From an uncultured bacterium (GTDB taxonomy: Bacteria > Chloroflexota > UBA5177 > JANWHV01), in the NCBI GenBank assembly GCA_963827235.1, contig CAWHAE010000012.1, positions 928,001 through 992,000 on the forward strand: a stretch of DNA of 64,000 bases, given 5' to 3'. This document shows positions 19,980 to 30,105 of this stretch, piece by piece (position 1 is the first letter of the stretch; every line of letters begins with the position of its first letter). Both the position numbers and the translations under genes were made by a program. Below the pieces are notes generated by a model, which was not told the DNA's origin, made no database searches, and was given only the letters and a program-made list of their open reading frames with translations.

Positions 19980-21317
19980 TCAAGCGTCGAGCACGATATC
20001 GGCGGGCAGGACCTGGCGAGCGATCGCCAGCAGCTCGTCGTCGGTGGGCTCCGGCGAGCCGCCTTCTGCGTAGTGAGCCATCAGGCGGGCATGCATCGCC
20101 TGCACCGCCGGGTCGGTCTTGGCAATGCGCTGCGAGTCCTTGCCCCCAAGGCGGGTATTCAGCCACCAGGCAACTCCCGCGGCACCCGACTGATCGCTGA
20201 TCACGGCCCGGATCGGCCTCCCCAGTACCTGCTGAGGATCGAACGACATATACGTCTCGGGGTCTTTGAGGAGACCGTCGATGTGCACGCCGGCGCGCGT
20301 CGTGAAGCATTCCTCGCCGAGCATTGGATAATTGGCGGGCACCGGCACCGCGCATATCTCACGCATGTATGAGGCGATCTCCACCAGCACCGGCAGATTC
20401 AGACCCTGCTCACCGGTGAGGCCGACGTACTCGACCACGGCGGCCTCGAGCGGCGTGTTGCCGGTACGCTCGCCGGTGCCGAGCAGAGTGGCATTGATCG
20501 CGGCGCAACCGTAGAGCCACGCCGTGGCCGCACAGGCATGACCCTTGAAGAAGTCGTTGTGTCCGTGCCATTCGAGCTGGCTCGGCGCCACGCCCGCGTC
20601 GTGCACGAGCGCGTGTACCAAGCGGGGCAGGCCGCGGGGCAGGGCAACCGCGGCCCAGGGAGCGGCCACGCCCATGGTGTCGCACAGGCGGATGCTGATC
20701 TGCAGCCCGGCTTCTTCGCCGCGCCTCACGAGCGCCCGCGCGAAAGGCACGACGAATCCGTGAACATCCGCGCGGGTCACGTCCTCGAAGTGGCAGCGGG
20801 GGCGTATGCCGGCCGCGAGCGCCTGGTCGACTACGCTCAGGTAGGCTTCGCATGCCCGCACGCGGTCCAGCCCCAGCTTGGTGTAGATGTGATGGTCCGA
20901 CACGGAGGTGAGAATTCCCGTCTCAGCCAGGCCAAGTTCGCGGACGATCGCCAGATCCTCGGCATTGGCGCGTATCCACGCCGTGACTTCCGGGTACCTG
21001 TAGCCGCGCGAGCGGCACAAGTCCACGATCGCCCGCTGCAATCGCGTATAGACGAAGAACTCGCTCTTGCGGATCAGTCCCACGCCGTTGTCCAGCCGAT
21101 GCAGAAAGTCGAAAAGGTGCGCGACTTGCTCGGCCGAATATGCTGCACGCGCCTGCTGGCCATCGCGAAAGGTGGTGTCGGTTATCCGCAGCACGGGAGC
21201 CGGTTCCATCGGCACCTCGTCGGGCAACAGAATGGTGCGGGGCAGGCCGTAGTACGGGAAGGCGTCCCGGTACGCGTCTGCTCCGGCCGGTGTGCCAGGT
21301 TGCCGGCTGGTGTCCAT
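19980..21317 (-). CDS. Re-citrate synthase (DRE-TIM, LeuA/HCS superfamily)
   Basis: ITDTTFRDGQQAR, SEFF, PEVTAWIRA, ETGIL, SDHHI, PRCHFEDVTRAD, EWHGHNDF, GERTGNTPLE, TRAGVHIDGLLK match the clostridial Re-citrate synthase pattern as I recall it. Confidence 0.82.
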   Translation of the reverse strand: MDTSRQPGTPAGADAYRDAFPYYGLPRTILLPDEVPMEPAPVLRITDTTFRDGQQARAAYSAEQVAHLFDFLHRLDNGVGLIRKSEFFVYTRLQRAIVDLCRSRGYRYPEVTAWIRANAEDLAIVRELGLAETGILTSVSDHHIYTKLGLDRVRACEAYLSVVDQALAAGIRPRCHFEDVTRADVHGFVVPFARALVRRGEEAGLQISIRLCDTMGVAAPWAAVALPRGLPRLVHALVHDAGVAPSQLEWHGHNDFFKGHACAATAWLYGCAAINATLLGTGERTGNTPLEAAVVEYVGLTGEQGLNLPVLVEIASYMREICAVPVPANYPMLGEECFTTRAGVHIDGLLKDPETYMSFDPQQVLGRPIRAVISDQSGAAGVAWWLNTRLGGKDSQRIAKTDPAVQAMHARLMAHYAEGGSPEPTDDELLAIARQVLPADIVLDA

Positions 21318-21395
21318 GCCAATCCTCCGTCTCGTCCCTAGAGCAAGGTGCAGTGTCAAACTACATTGACTTACCTGCACGTTACATGATTTATA

Positions 21396-21407
21396 TTGAT
21401 TCATCAA
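21396..21407. promoter_or_regulatory. Palindromic operator TTGAT-N2-ATCAA between the Re-citrate synthase and HTH genes
   Basis: TTGATTCATCAA within an AT-rich patch that also has ATTGAC half sites (21365, 21415). Confidence 0.5.
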
Positions 21408-21691
21408 GACGGCGATTGACGGGCGCCGCGGCGGCTGCCTACACTGAGCACGTTGCCGGGCAGCTTGGCACGTTTCTCCGCGGTCGGCGCCGGTCGGACT
21501 GCACGGATTCATGCTCGGCCGCCCGGCCTTCTGGCCTGCACTGCCAGAACGCGAACGACGCTCGCCGCGGGAAGAGTGCCGGACGGCCGACGGATCAACG
21601 GCAGCGACGCTCAGGCTGAGGCATGGCCGCCGCCGGCCGGAAAGGCGCGGCGTCTCGAAGCGAATACCAGTACGATGGGGTGGAAAGGCAT

Positions 21692-21928
21692 ATGGCGCAG
21701 ACTCTCGAGGGCGAAGAGTATCTCACCGTGGAGGAAGCCTGCGCGGTGCTGGAGGTCAAGGCCGCGACACTCTACGCCTACGTCAGTCGCGGCAAGCTGC
21801 GGAGCTATCGCCAGGGCATCCACCGTCAGCGGCTGTACAAGCGCTCCGAAGTCGAGGCACTCGCCCGCTTGGGCCCCAGCCGGCACGTCAATCTGCCCTT
21901 GGTCGATCCCTGGTCTGACATGCATTGA
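21692..21928 (+). CDS. Stand-alone excisionase/MerR-like HTH protein
   Basis: YLTVEEACAVLEVKAATLYAYVSRGKLRS...RLYKRSEVEAL; GAAAGG RBS. Confidence 0.85.
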   Translation: MAQTLEGEEYLTVEEACAVLEVKAATLYAYVSRGKLRSYRQGIHRQRLYKRSEVEALARLGPSRHVNLPLVDPWSDMH

Positions 21929-21965
21929 GCCGGCGAAGCCGGCCGGTACCACGGGCACGCCTGCT

Positions 21966-22760
21966 TCACGACGGCGGTACGTCCTCAGACGAGCCGCGGA
22001 CGGCGGCGGCGTTTCGATAGAGACCGCGCAGGTCGTCGATCCTGATCCGCACCAGGTCGAGCGTCATGCTGAGCGTGTCGGGAGCCGCCCGCACGCGCGA
22101 ATCGTCGTTGAAGTACCAATCGATGCCCACGACCTTCATGGAATATCCGCGCTTCCGCGCCAGGAACAGCACCTCGGCGTCGAAGCTGAAGCCATCCATG
22201 CGCTGGCGAGCAAAGAGATCGCGCGCCGGGCCTCTGCGGAAGCCTTTGAATCCGCACTGCGTATCGTCCAGGCCGCGGATGACAAGCACTTTCACCAGCA
22301 GATTGAAGACACGGCCCATGACATGGCGCCGGGCAGGCTCGCCGTAGCGTTGGGCGCCGGGGCCTTCTCTGGACCCGACCGCGAGATCGAATCCGCCATC
22401 TAGGGCTTCGATGAACCGGTCGAGATCGTCTATGGGCATCGAAAGATCGGCATCGCAAAACACGACGTAGGGCATGGTCGCCGCCAGCATACCGGCGCGC
22501 ACCGCGGACCCTTTGCCGCGATGCGGCAGCGCGATCAAGCGCAGACCTGGCATCTGGCGGGCGCGCAGTTCCACCAGGGCGCCCGTGCCGTCCTCGCTGC
22601 CGTCATCGCAAACAAGCACTTCCAGTGGCCTGCCGAGGTGCGTGCCGTAGCGGGCAATCTCGTCCAGGGCCCGAGGCAAACGGCGCTCCTCGTTGTAGGC
22701 GGGAATGACGATGCTTAGCCCGGGTCCGGCCGGAAGGCCTTCTTGCGTGTCGTCCGTCAT
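21966..22760 (-). CDS. GT2 polyprenol-phosphate glycosyltransferase (DPG/DPM synthase-like)
   Basis: SIVIPAYNEERRL, DDGSEDGT, GKGSAVRAG, DADLS, DTQCGFKGF, FSFDAEVL. Confidence 0.9.
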   Translation of the reverse strand: MTDDTQEGLPAGPGLSIVIPAYNEERRLPRALDEIARYGTHLGRPLEVLVCDDGSEDGTGALVELRARQMPGLRLIALPHRGKGSAVRAGMLAATMPYVVFCDADLSMPIDDLDRFIEALDGGFDLAVGSREGPGAQRYGEPARRHVMGRVFNLLVKVLVIRGLDDTQCGFKGFRRGPARDLFARQRMDGFSFDAEVLFLARKRGYSMKVVGIDWYFNDDSRVRAAPDTLSMTLDLVRIRIDDLRGLYRNAAAVRGSSEDVPPS

Positions 22761-22956
22761 GGTGTCGGGTCACCTCCGGGCTTCCTGGCGCTGGCCCCCA
22801 GCGGCTTGCCAACACGGGATGGCGGCGCGCTTCCTGGACGGCAGCGCCTATGCTCACCCGCCCTACCGCGGCGCGAACTGAATCCAGAAGGCACGATATC
22901 CCATCCGGCCGATCACGAGCAGCCCGTCGATGCCCACGAGCGCGGCACGTGACCCA

Positions 22957-23649
22957 CTAGGTCGGCTTGCCCGTGAGGACGACGCCGATCACCGGCGCCT
23001 TCACGCGGTCGAGCAGATCTCGCGCCCGGCGCGCGTCAAGCCGATGCGTCTTCCCGGGCTTGACGGCAATGATCACGCCATCCACCAGCCTGGCCAGATC
23101 CAGGCCGTCGACCTGCTCAAGGATAGGGGCGCCAATGATAATCACCCTGTCCGCGCTCTTCTTGAGCTGCTGCAGCACCTCGGGCAGGCGCTTGGCTCGT
23201 CCGATGCCTCCCGGAACGGGCGCGGCAGAACCGGCGCCGATCAGGTGCAGACCCGGCACCTCGGGCACGGCGTTCAAGGCAGCCACGAAATCGGGGGACT
23301 CGTCCTGGATGAGATTCTTGAAGCCGAGCGTAGCGGAGAGAGAAAACAGCGACTCCAGGCTGGGCGTGTGCGGATCGCCGTCTATCAACACCACGCTCTC
23401 ACCGTCCTTTGCCGCCAGAATAGCCAGATTGACGGCAACCGAGCACGCCGCGGCAGACGCATCGATGGCACTGACCAGGATACTGGTCCCCTCGGCTGTC
23501 ATGAGCTCGTACTTCACGTTCAGAAATGCCTGCTCGTAGGCCTTCCGGAGCGAATCCGGACACGCCGATTCCGTCACGAGCGCACCGGTACCGTGCGACT
23601 GTGCTATGGCGGTGCCTACCCGACCACTATATCCCTGCGTACCAACCAT
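22957..23649 (-). CDS. CpsD/CapB-like BY-kinase homolog, catalytically degenerate
   Basis: AVNLA...VVLIDGD...PSL, LHLIGAG, VDGVII, IGVVL; Walker A and B altered; no Tyr cluster. Confidence 0.8.
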   Translation of the reverse strand: MVGTQGYSGRVGTAIAQSHGTGALVTESACPDSLRKAYEQAFLNVKYELMTAEGTSILVSAIDASAAACSVAVNLAILAAKDGESVVLIDGDPHTPSLESLFSLSATLGFKNLIQDESPDFVAALNAVPEVPGLHLIGAGSAAPVPGGIGRAKRLPEVLQQLKKSADRVIIIGAPILEQVDGLDLARLVDGVIIAVKPGKTHRLDARRARDLLDRVKAPVIGVVLTGKPT

Positions 23650-23721
23650 CAGTGTGTATTCCTGTCATTCTGCCTGCTCTCATGCCGGCAATTTCTCCAT
23701 GACGTAGCGCCAGGGAAACGA

Positions 23722-24450
23722 TCACTTGCCATTCGGCAAGACGCCAAGCGTCGCGGTGTGCATCCAGATCCGCACGTCCTGCTCGTCGTGAATGCTCTCA
23801 TCCAGATACTCCCACAGGAATGCGAGAGCGATGCCGAGGACCACGCCGGCCAAGGCCTTGGTAAGCCAGCTCAAGACCGTGGAAGTCAGCGACATCGTGG
23901 TCGTGCTCGGTGGATCGAGTGTGCGCCAGGTTATCGGGAATTCCTGTAATTCCCCGCCGGGAGCAGTTTGGAGCGCGGTCTTGTTATATTCAGGCAGGAA
24001 ATCGCGACTCAACACCACCACGGCGGCGTTGACGAGGTCAAGCGCCTTGCTTTGACTGGAAGACTTGTACTCCAGCTCCAGGTCCCGTCCGCCGGTGACG
24101 TTGGCGCCAAGTACGGAGCGTATCACCTTCCAGTCGATCTTGAGATTGTAGTGCTGGAGAATGTACGCCTGAAGCGACTTGGGGTACTGCAGCTGAGTGG
24201 TGAAATACTTCGCCGCGCCGGTGGCGCTTCCCGCGTTGCCCAGGGCGGCGCCAATCGGATCGATATAGATGTTCGCGGTCTTGTAAATCGGTGCTTCTTG
24301 GGAAAACTCGATAGTCGTCTGTGCCTTATAGTAGCTGCCATACAACGTGTACGCGGTATATGCCGCCGCCAGTACGGCCACGACGACAACGGTCGTCACG
24401 ATGATACGCCACTGACGCTGCAATACGCGCCAGTACCAACGAAGTTCCAA
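23722..24450 (-). CDS. CpsC/CapA/Wzz-type polysaccharide co-polymerase
   Basis: TTG start after GGAGGT; ELRWYWRVLQRQW + TM, YKAQTTI, second TM then EYLDESIHDEQDV...LGVLP. Confidence 0.82.
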   Translation of the reverse strand: MELRWYWRVLQRQWRIIVTTVVVVAVLAAAYTAYTLYGSYYKAQTTIEFSQEAPIYKTANIYIDPIGAALGNAGSATGAAKYFTTQLQYPKSLQAYILQHYNLKIDWKVIRSVLGANVTGGRDLELEYKSSSQSKALDLVNAAVVVLSRDFLPEYNKTALQTAPGGELQEFPITWRTLDPPSTTTMSLTSTVLSWLTKALAGVVLGIALAFLWEYLDESIHDEQDVRIWMHTATLGVLPNGK

Positions 24451-24609
24451 GAGCGAGTACCTCCCTATGCTTTCCAGTCGATGGTAATAGATCGGGCCTA
24501 CTTCAGGCCAGGGACATCTCCGCCGCCCGACGAGGCGCAGAGCAAGTATTCGGCTCGGGCCTACCGAGCGCGAGCGCATTCGGCGGACGCGCCGGGTGAG
24601 CAGGCATTG

Positions 24610-26184
24610 CTAGTAGGCGCCGTTGCGCGTGATCACTGCCAGGATGGTGCGCAGCATGATCTTGATGTCGAGCGTCAGCGACCAGTTGTCAATATAGTAG
24701 GTATCCATGATGATGATCTCTTCGAAGCTCTCGATGTTGCTTCTGCCGCTGACCTGCCAGTATCCGGTAATGCCGCCTATCACCTCGAGCCGCTTGAAGT
24801 GGTGCGGCGCGTAGTTCGCCACCTCGCTGGGCAGCGGAGGGCGCGGCCCGACCAGGCTCATGTCACCCCGCAGCACGTTGATCAGCTGCGGCAGCTCGTC
24901 GAGCGATAGCCTGCGCAGAGAGCGGCCCACGCGGGTGCGCCGGGGGTCGTTCCTGTCCTTGAAGATCCGCGGGTCGGCGATTCCCTTCTCCGCGATCAGC
25001 TTGTCCAGCATCTCGCCGGCATTGACGTACATCGAGCGGAACTTCAGGAACGTGAACGGCTTGCCGCCTTTGCCGATGCGCTGTTCCTTATAGAGAATGG
25101 GCCCACGAGAGTCCAGCTTGACGGCAAGCGCGATCAGCAGGAGCACCGGCGAAGCGATCAGCAATGCCAGACCGGCCAGCACGATGTCGGCCGTGCGCTT
25201 AACGGCGCGCGCCACGCGGCTATGCCGCCTGCGTTCCACGTCGATCAGCGGAATCCCGGCAATGTGATCCATGCGCACGCGGGAGAGACTGAGCTCGAAG
25301 AGATCCGGCACCAGCTTCACTGCCACGTCGGCCGCTTCACAGTGCGCGCAGATCGCTGCGATGTCGTCGTGATTGGTAGCAGGCAGGGTGATGATCACCT
25401 CGTCAATCGCCATGTCGCGCACGATGTCGGTAATGCGAGAGACGTCGCCCAGGCAGGCGAAGCGACCGAAGTTAGCGTACGCGCACGACGCGTCTTCCGG
25501 CGAGACCTCGTCGAGCGAGAGCAGCGATTCGCGCACGAAGCCGATCAGGTGGTAGCCGTGATTCCGCTTGGTGAGTAAGTTCTGCATCACCATCTTGCCG
25601 ACGGGCGTTGCGCCCGCCACCACCACGCGCCGCGTATTCCAGCCGCTGCCGTGCAGCCGGGCCAGGAGAGCATACAGGAAAAAGCGACCGAGAATCAGCA
25701 GTGCCACCAGCAAGAACCAGGCATAGACGATGACCAGGCGCGATTCGACTTTGACCGGCATATAAGCGGTGACGATGGATATGAGGCCGACCCCGACCAG
25801 GCTGCTGCGGCACAGGTCGAGCAGCTCGTCGGGGAGGTCTCGTCCCAGCCTCAGCCTATAGGCCCCACCGAAAATCAGGCTCAGGCTCTCGATCACGCTG
25901 AACACGATGCCGAATGGGATCCAGTCCTGAAATGGGACCCAGACAAGACCGCGCTCCACGGGCACCCACTGTACGACGTAGCGCAACATGTACGCGCAGC
26001 AAAATGCCAGCCAGATCAGCGTCGAGTCCAGAACGGCGCCGATCACCGCCAGCTCGAGGCGAGCACGTCGCTGTGCCTCCGGCAACACTCGGGTGAGACC
26101 GGCCCGCCCCGGATCCCCGCTCAGCACCTCGATGCGCGTTGTGACGGCAAGCGACGGATCGACAATTGTAGGAGCCTGTGCCAT
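24610..26184 (-). CDS. Undecaprenyl-phosphate sugar phosphotransferase (WcaJ/CpsE family)
   Basis: KRTADIV, KFRSM, DPRRTRVG, SLDELPQLINVLRGDMSLVGPRP, GITGYWQVSGR. Confidence 0.93.
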   Translation of the reverse strand: MAQAPTIVDPSLAVTTRIEVLSGDPGRAGLTRVLPEAQRRARLELAVIGAVLDSTLIWLAFCCAYMLRYVVQWVPVERGLVWVPFQDWIPFGIVFSVIESLSLIFGGAYRLRLGRDLPDELLDLCRSSLVGVGLISIVTAYMPVKVESRLVIVYAWFLLVALLILGRFFLYALLARLHGSGWNTRRVVVAGATPVGKMVMQNLLTKRNHGYHLIGFVRESLLSLDEVSPEDASCAYANFGRFACLGDVSRITDIVRDMAIDEVIITLPATNHDDIAAICAHCEAADVAVKLVPDLFELSLSRVRMDHIAGIPLIDVERRRHSRVARAVKRTADIVLAGLALLIASPVLLLIALAVKLDSRGPILYKEQRIGKGGKPFTFLKFRSMYVNAGEMLDKLIAEKGIADPRIFKDRNDPRRTRVGRSLRRLSLDELPQLINVLRGDMSLVGPRPPLPSEVANYAPHHFKRLEVIGGITGYWQVSGRSNIESFEEIIIMDTYYIDNWSLTLDIKIMLRTILAVITRNGAY

Positions 26185-26185
26185 G

Positions 26186-27331
26186 CTAGGCGCCCTCCAG
26201 CGCTTCGGCGTAGATCTCGGCCACCTGTTCCGTTGTGCGGCACCAGTCGAACCGGCTCGACTGAGCGAGCCCGCGGCGTACGAGGTCCGCGCGAAGTTCG
26301 CCGTCGCCCGCCATACGGCACAGTGCCTCGGCCATGCATCCTCCGTCCTCGGCATCCACGAGGATCGCTGCATCGCCTGCCACCTCGACCAGGCTGCTGT
26401 TGCGTGCCGTGATCACCGGGCAGCCGCAGGCCATCGCTTCCGCCACGGGCAGGCCAAAGCCTTCGTAGAGCGACGGGTACACGAACGCCGCCGCGGATCT
26501 GTACCAGAGCGGTTGATCCTCGTCCGCCACGTAACCGGGGAACTGCACGCAGTCCTCGAGGCCAAGAGCCTTCACACGCTCGAAGATCTCCTCGTACAGC
26601 CAACCTTTGGCGCCGACCAGCACGAGCGGCCAGTCAACGCCCTTGAGACGGGCGGCATGGTAGGCGTCGACGAGGCGCACCAGGTTCTTGCGTGGCTCCA
26701 GCGTGCCCATAAAGAGAAAGTAGCGGTCGGGCAGCGCGTGCTCTTCGCGAAACCGAGCCAGGCGATCGTCGGCGAGCGGCTCGCGAAAGCGATCCTCCAC
26801 GCCAAGATAGGCCACGCGCACGCGCCGCTCGGGCACGCCGAGCAGCCGGACCACGTCGCGCTTGGTGTTCTGGGAGCTGGCGATCACGCGACGAGCGCCG
26901 CGCGCGCTGAGCCGCGTGAAGGTGGAGAGGTACCGGCGGCGTCCCGGCAGGAAACGCTCCGGGAACAGCAGAAAGCTCACGTCGTGAATCGTGACCACGC
27001 CGGGAATGCGCCTGGCGAGCGGTAGCACGTTCAGGGTGCCGTGAACCACGTCGATCCTGTGCCGGGTGAGAAGGGCGGGCAGGGCCGTCTGTTCCCACAG
27101 AATGCGCTGCGCGGGCTTCTCCGTGTTGAGCCTGCTGCGTACCACCTCAAAGCGGCCGTCGCCGTGCAGCGACAGCGCCGTACAATCGGCGTTGGTAAAG
27201 ATGGTGTACTGGTTGGGTGTGGAGAGCGACGGCAGCGTGCGGAGCAGGTGATAGATGAAAGCTGCTGCACCGGCGTTGCGATACGTTCGCGCGAAGGTCA
27301 ACAATTGCGCATTGATACCGATCCGCGCCAT
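26186..27331 (-). CDS. GT4 glycosyltransferase (MtfB-like)
   Basis: VVTIHD, GTLEPRKN, YPSLYEGFGLPVAEAMACGCPV. Confidence 0.93.
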   Translation of the reverse strand: MARIGINAQLLTFARTYRNAGAAAFIYHLLRTLPSLSTPNQYTIFTNADCTALSLHGDGRFEVVRSRLNTEKPAQRILWEQTALPALLTRHRIDVVHGTLNVLPLARRIPGVVTIHDVSFLLFPERFLPGRRRYLSTFTRLSARGARRVIASSQNTKRDVVRLLGVPERRVRVAYLGVEDRFREPLADDRLARFREEHALPDRYFLFMGTLEPRKNLVRLVDAYHAARLKGVDWPLVLVGAKGWLYEEIFERVKALGLEDCVQFPGYVADEDQPLWYRSAAAFVYPSLYEGFGLPVAEAMACGCPVITARNSSLVEVAGDAAILVDAEDGGCMAEALCRMAGDGELRADLVRRGLAQSSRFDWCRTTEQVAEIYAEALEGA

Positions 27332-28146
27332 ACCACTCCCGCGTGACCACGACGCCAAGGACGCCCGATCTTCACCGCCTTCTCCGCTCGCGCCGGAGGC
27401 GCATGCGACTCCGGCCGAGCGTGGACAATGATGTGAGTATACCGCGAGCGGCCGTGACGGCACGCCGATCCGGCTTGCCACTACAGATTCGCCCTGGCCA
27501 CCGTGGTCATGCAATAGTTGTCTCTACCTGTGGCCAGATTACAGTTCTACGGCACGGACACGTACATGCTCATCGCCAGACTGCCCCACTTGTACTTAGG
27601 CGACTGTGAGCTGAGTGGGCTGTGTCTAGCCGGCCCATGGGGACCGCCCTTGTAGGTGGCCGCCGGCATCGTGGTTCCTGCACCGAGCGCACGGTTAGTC
27701 CCACCACAGTTCCAGCAGGCGCGCCGGCCGGTCGTCGTGCAGGCTGGGACATACGAAATCGACGTACCCCCTGCTCGACCACCTCCAGCAGGTCGAGTTG
27801 TAGCTGCTGCACCCAGGCTTGCAAGTCCTCGAGATGCAAGGCGTCCCGTAGGAGGAACAAGCGGTGGCCGCCTCGAACGTGATGGGCAAGCCGCCTACGT
27901 GCCCATACGTCGGGTGCGCCAGGTGTTGCGGTGCGCCGCCTTACCCGGGCGCAGACCTCGGCAGCCGAGCTTTACCGCCTGAAGCCGCTCACTCATGTTG
28001 CGATTGGGGCATACGGCATGTAGGGCGAGGCCATGTCGTCGAGTGCCGGTAGGGAGCGTCCGGCATGGATGAGCCTGCACCGGCAGCCGAAGGCGGAGCG
28101 TGGCTGGCGCGCTGGCAGCAGCTTGCCCCTCGTCCTTTGGCCCTGA

Positions 28147-28175
28147 TTGACAGGGGGCAACTCGAATCGTAGCAT
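28147..28175 (+). promoter_or_regulatory. sigma70-type promoter of the LCCL-hcp operon
   Basis: TTGACA (28147-52), 17 nt, TAGCAT (28170-75); GGGAGGTG RBS downstream. Confidence 0.65.
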
Positions 28176-28253
28176 GGGGGCAAGTCTGCTTGAGCTCGCT
28201 GAAGGACGAGCCCAAACGGCCGTCCCAGCGAAGATTGAGTCCGGGAGGTGCCT

Positions 28254-29504
28254 ATGGCGCTGCGACTGGCTCGGCTGGCGTTTGCCTCACTGATCATCGT
28301 ACCGCTTGCGCTCCTCAACCGCTCTCCCGGTCAGCTCTCCTCGGCAAGAGCGTCGAGCGCGACCGGCATCGCATCGGCTCGACACGCTGCGCTGTCCAAC
28401 GCCGCCGTCAGTCGCGTCACAGCGGCGGCTCTGCCTGCCTTGACGGTGCCCGGTGGGGCGGACTGGGCGGCATCGGCGAAGGACGTGCCCGGCGATGCCG
28501 GAACACAGTCTCTGTTCGTCTGCCCCGCCAAAGGTACGCTAGACCAACCAGTGTGGGGCACAGACACCTATACCGATGATTCGGCCGTCTGTGTGGCCGC
28601 TGTCCACACCGGGGCGATCACGGTGGACGACGGCGGCTTCGTCACCATCGAGATTCGACCGGGGCTCGACAGCTACGCGGGCAGCACGCGCAACGGCGTG
28701 ACGAGTGAGGACTTTGGCTCATGGGATCGGAGCTTTGCCATCGTCACTGCCATCAGAGGCAGTGGCGAGGACGGCGTGGCCGTGGGAGGCGGCTCGTGGG
28801 ACGCGACGGCCACGGATTTTGCGGACTCGACAGGATCCCGGTACCTGTACCTTTGCCCACCGGGTGGCCACGCCAGGCGTGTATGGGGCACGTACACCTA
28901 CACATCCGACTCATCTGTCTGCACGGCAGCTGTGCACATAGGACTCATCACCGCCGCGGCCGGCGGCTACGTGACGGTGCTCTTGGGTGGCGGTGCTGAC
29001 TCGTTCGAAGGCTCAGCACGGAACGGCGTGACGACCAGCGACTATGGTTCATGGGGAGCCACATTCACGTTTCCCTCTGCGCCGCTACCGGCCACAGCGA
29101 CCGCCTCAGCGGCTCAGACTGTGCCTTCGACGAGTCCGTCTGCGACACCAACCGCGACGGCAACTCCTGCGCCGGTCCTGGCGCCGCAGATCCGGGTGAG
29201 CTATCACTACCTCGCAGGGTACCGCGCGATCGTGGCAGGCACAGTGCTGCCCGTGCGCGTGATGGCCACGCCGGGCAGCACTGTGACGGTACGCATATCG
29301 CTGCGGCTAGATGAGCCGAACTCGTCTGCAGTCGTGTTCAAACGGCAGAACAGTGTCAAGATCGGCGACATGGGCGTCGCCACGGCGGCGGTGTACATAG
29401 ACACCCGACCGACGCGGTGGGAGTTCGCCGTGCTGACCGTTTCGGCTATCGCGGCCGATGGTAGTAGCGATACGCAGCATCTGCAGGTCGTCATCTTTCC
29501 TTGA
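28254..29504 (+). CDS. Secreted protein with two LCCL domains, Pro/Thr linker and C-terminal beta domain
   Basis: Signal peptide; VWGTDTYTDDSAVCVAAVHTG and VWGTYTYTSDSSVCTAAVHIG, each followed by GSxRNGVT(S/T). Confidence 0.85.
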   Translation: MALRLARLAFASLIIVPLALLNRSPGQLSSARASSATGIASARHAALSNAAVSRVTAAALPALTVPGGADWAASAKDVPGDAGTQSLFVCPAKGTLDQPVWGTDTYTDDSAVCVAAVHTGAITVDDGGFVTIEIRPGLDSYAGSTRNGVTSEDFGSWDRSFAIVTAIRGSGEDGVAVGGGSWDATATDFADSTGSRYLYLCPPGGHARRVWGTYTYTSDSSVCTAAVHIGLITAAAGGYVTVLLGGGADSFEGSARNGVTTSDYGSWGATFTFPSAPLPATATASAAQTVPSTSPSATPTATATPAPVLAPQIRVSYHYLAGYRAIVAGTVLPVRVMATPGSTVTVRISLRLDEPNSSAVVFKRQNSVKIGDMGVATAAVYIDTRPTRWEFAVLTVSAIAADGSSDTQHLQVVIFP

Positions 29505-29573
29505 GAGGTGACGGAAAGTCCGCAGTATCGAAGGCGCGCATGACTGCGTAGCAGGCAAGGAAGAAGGGAGAAC

Positions 29574-30089
29574 GTGACCGTGGCCTATGAGTTTTACCTC
29601 CAGCTCGTCGGACGGAAGACGGGCCAAATCAAAGGTGCGTCGACCAGAAAGGGCTATGAGGGCTGGATACCGGGCCTCCACATGTCCCACTCCATCGTCT
29701 CCCCGCGAGATGCGCAGAGTGGCTTGCCGACCGGCCAGCGCTTGCACAGGCCGTTCACCTTCATCAAAGCCTGGGATGCAAGCAGCGCCTTGCTGCTGAA
29801 CATGCTCTGTACAAATGAGGAGGTATCGAAGTGCACCATTGACTTCGTGCATACGGTGATGGTACCGGGCGGCGCGTCACTGCAGCCGTACTTCACGATT
29901 CAACTCACAGACGCCAACTTTGCGTCGTATGACGCATTCACCGCGAACGCCGATCAGCTGAACCTGTACGACGCCGAAGACCTGGAGGAGTGGTCCCTTA
30001 CCTACCAGAGTATCGACTGGTCCGTGCCATCCGGGATCTCGGCCACCGATGACCGGGTACGAATGTCGCCCGCCACATTGGGCAGTTGA
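29574..30089 (+). CDS. hcp: Hcp/TssD-family tube protein (orphan)
   Basis: FYLQLVGRKTGQIKG, SHSIVSPRDAQSGLPTGQRLHRPFTFIKAWDASS, YFTIQLTDA, LEEWSLTYQSIDW. Confidence 0.9.
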   Translation: MTVAYEFYLQLVGRKTGQIKGASTRKGYEGWIPGLHMSHSIVSPRDAQSGLPTGQRLHRPFTFIKAWDASSALLLNMLCTNEEVSKCTIDFVHTVMVPGGASLQPYFTIQLTDANFASYDAFTANADQLNLYDAEDLEEWSLTYQSIDWSVPSGISATDDRVRMSPATLGS

Positions 30090-30105
30090 CAGGGGGATAC
30101 AAGCG

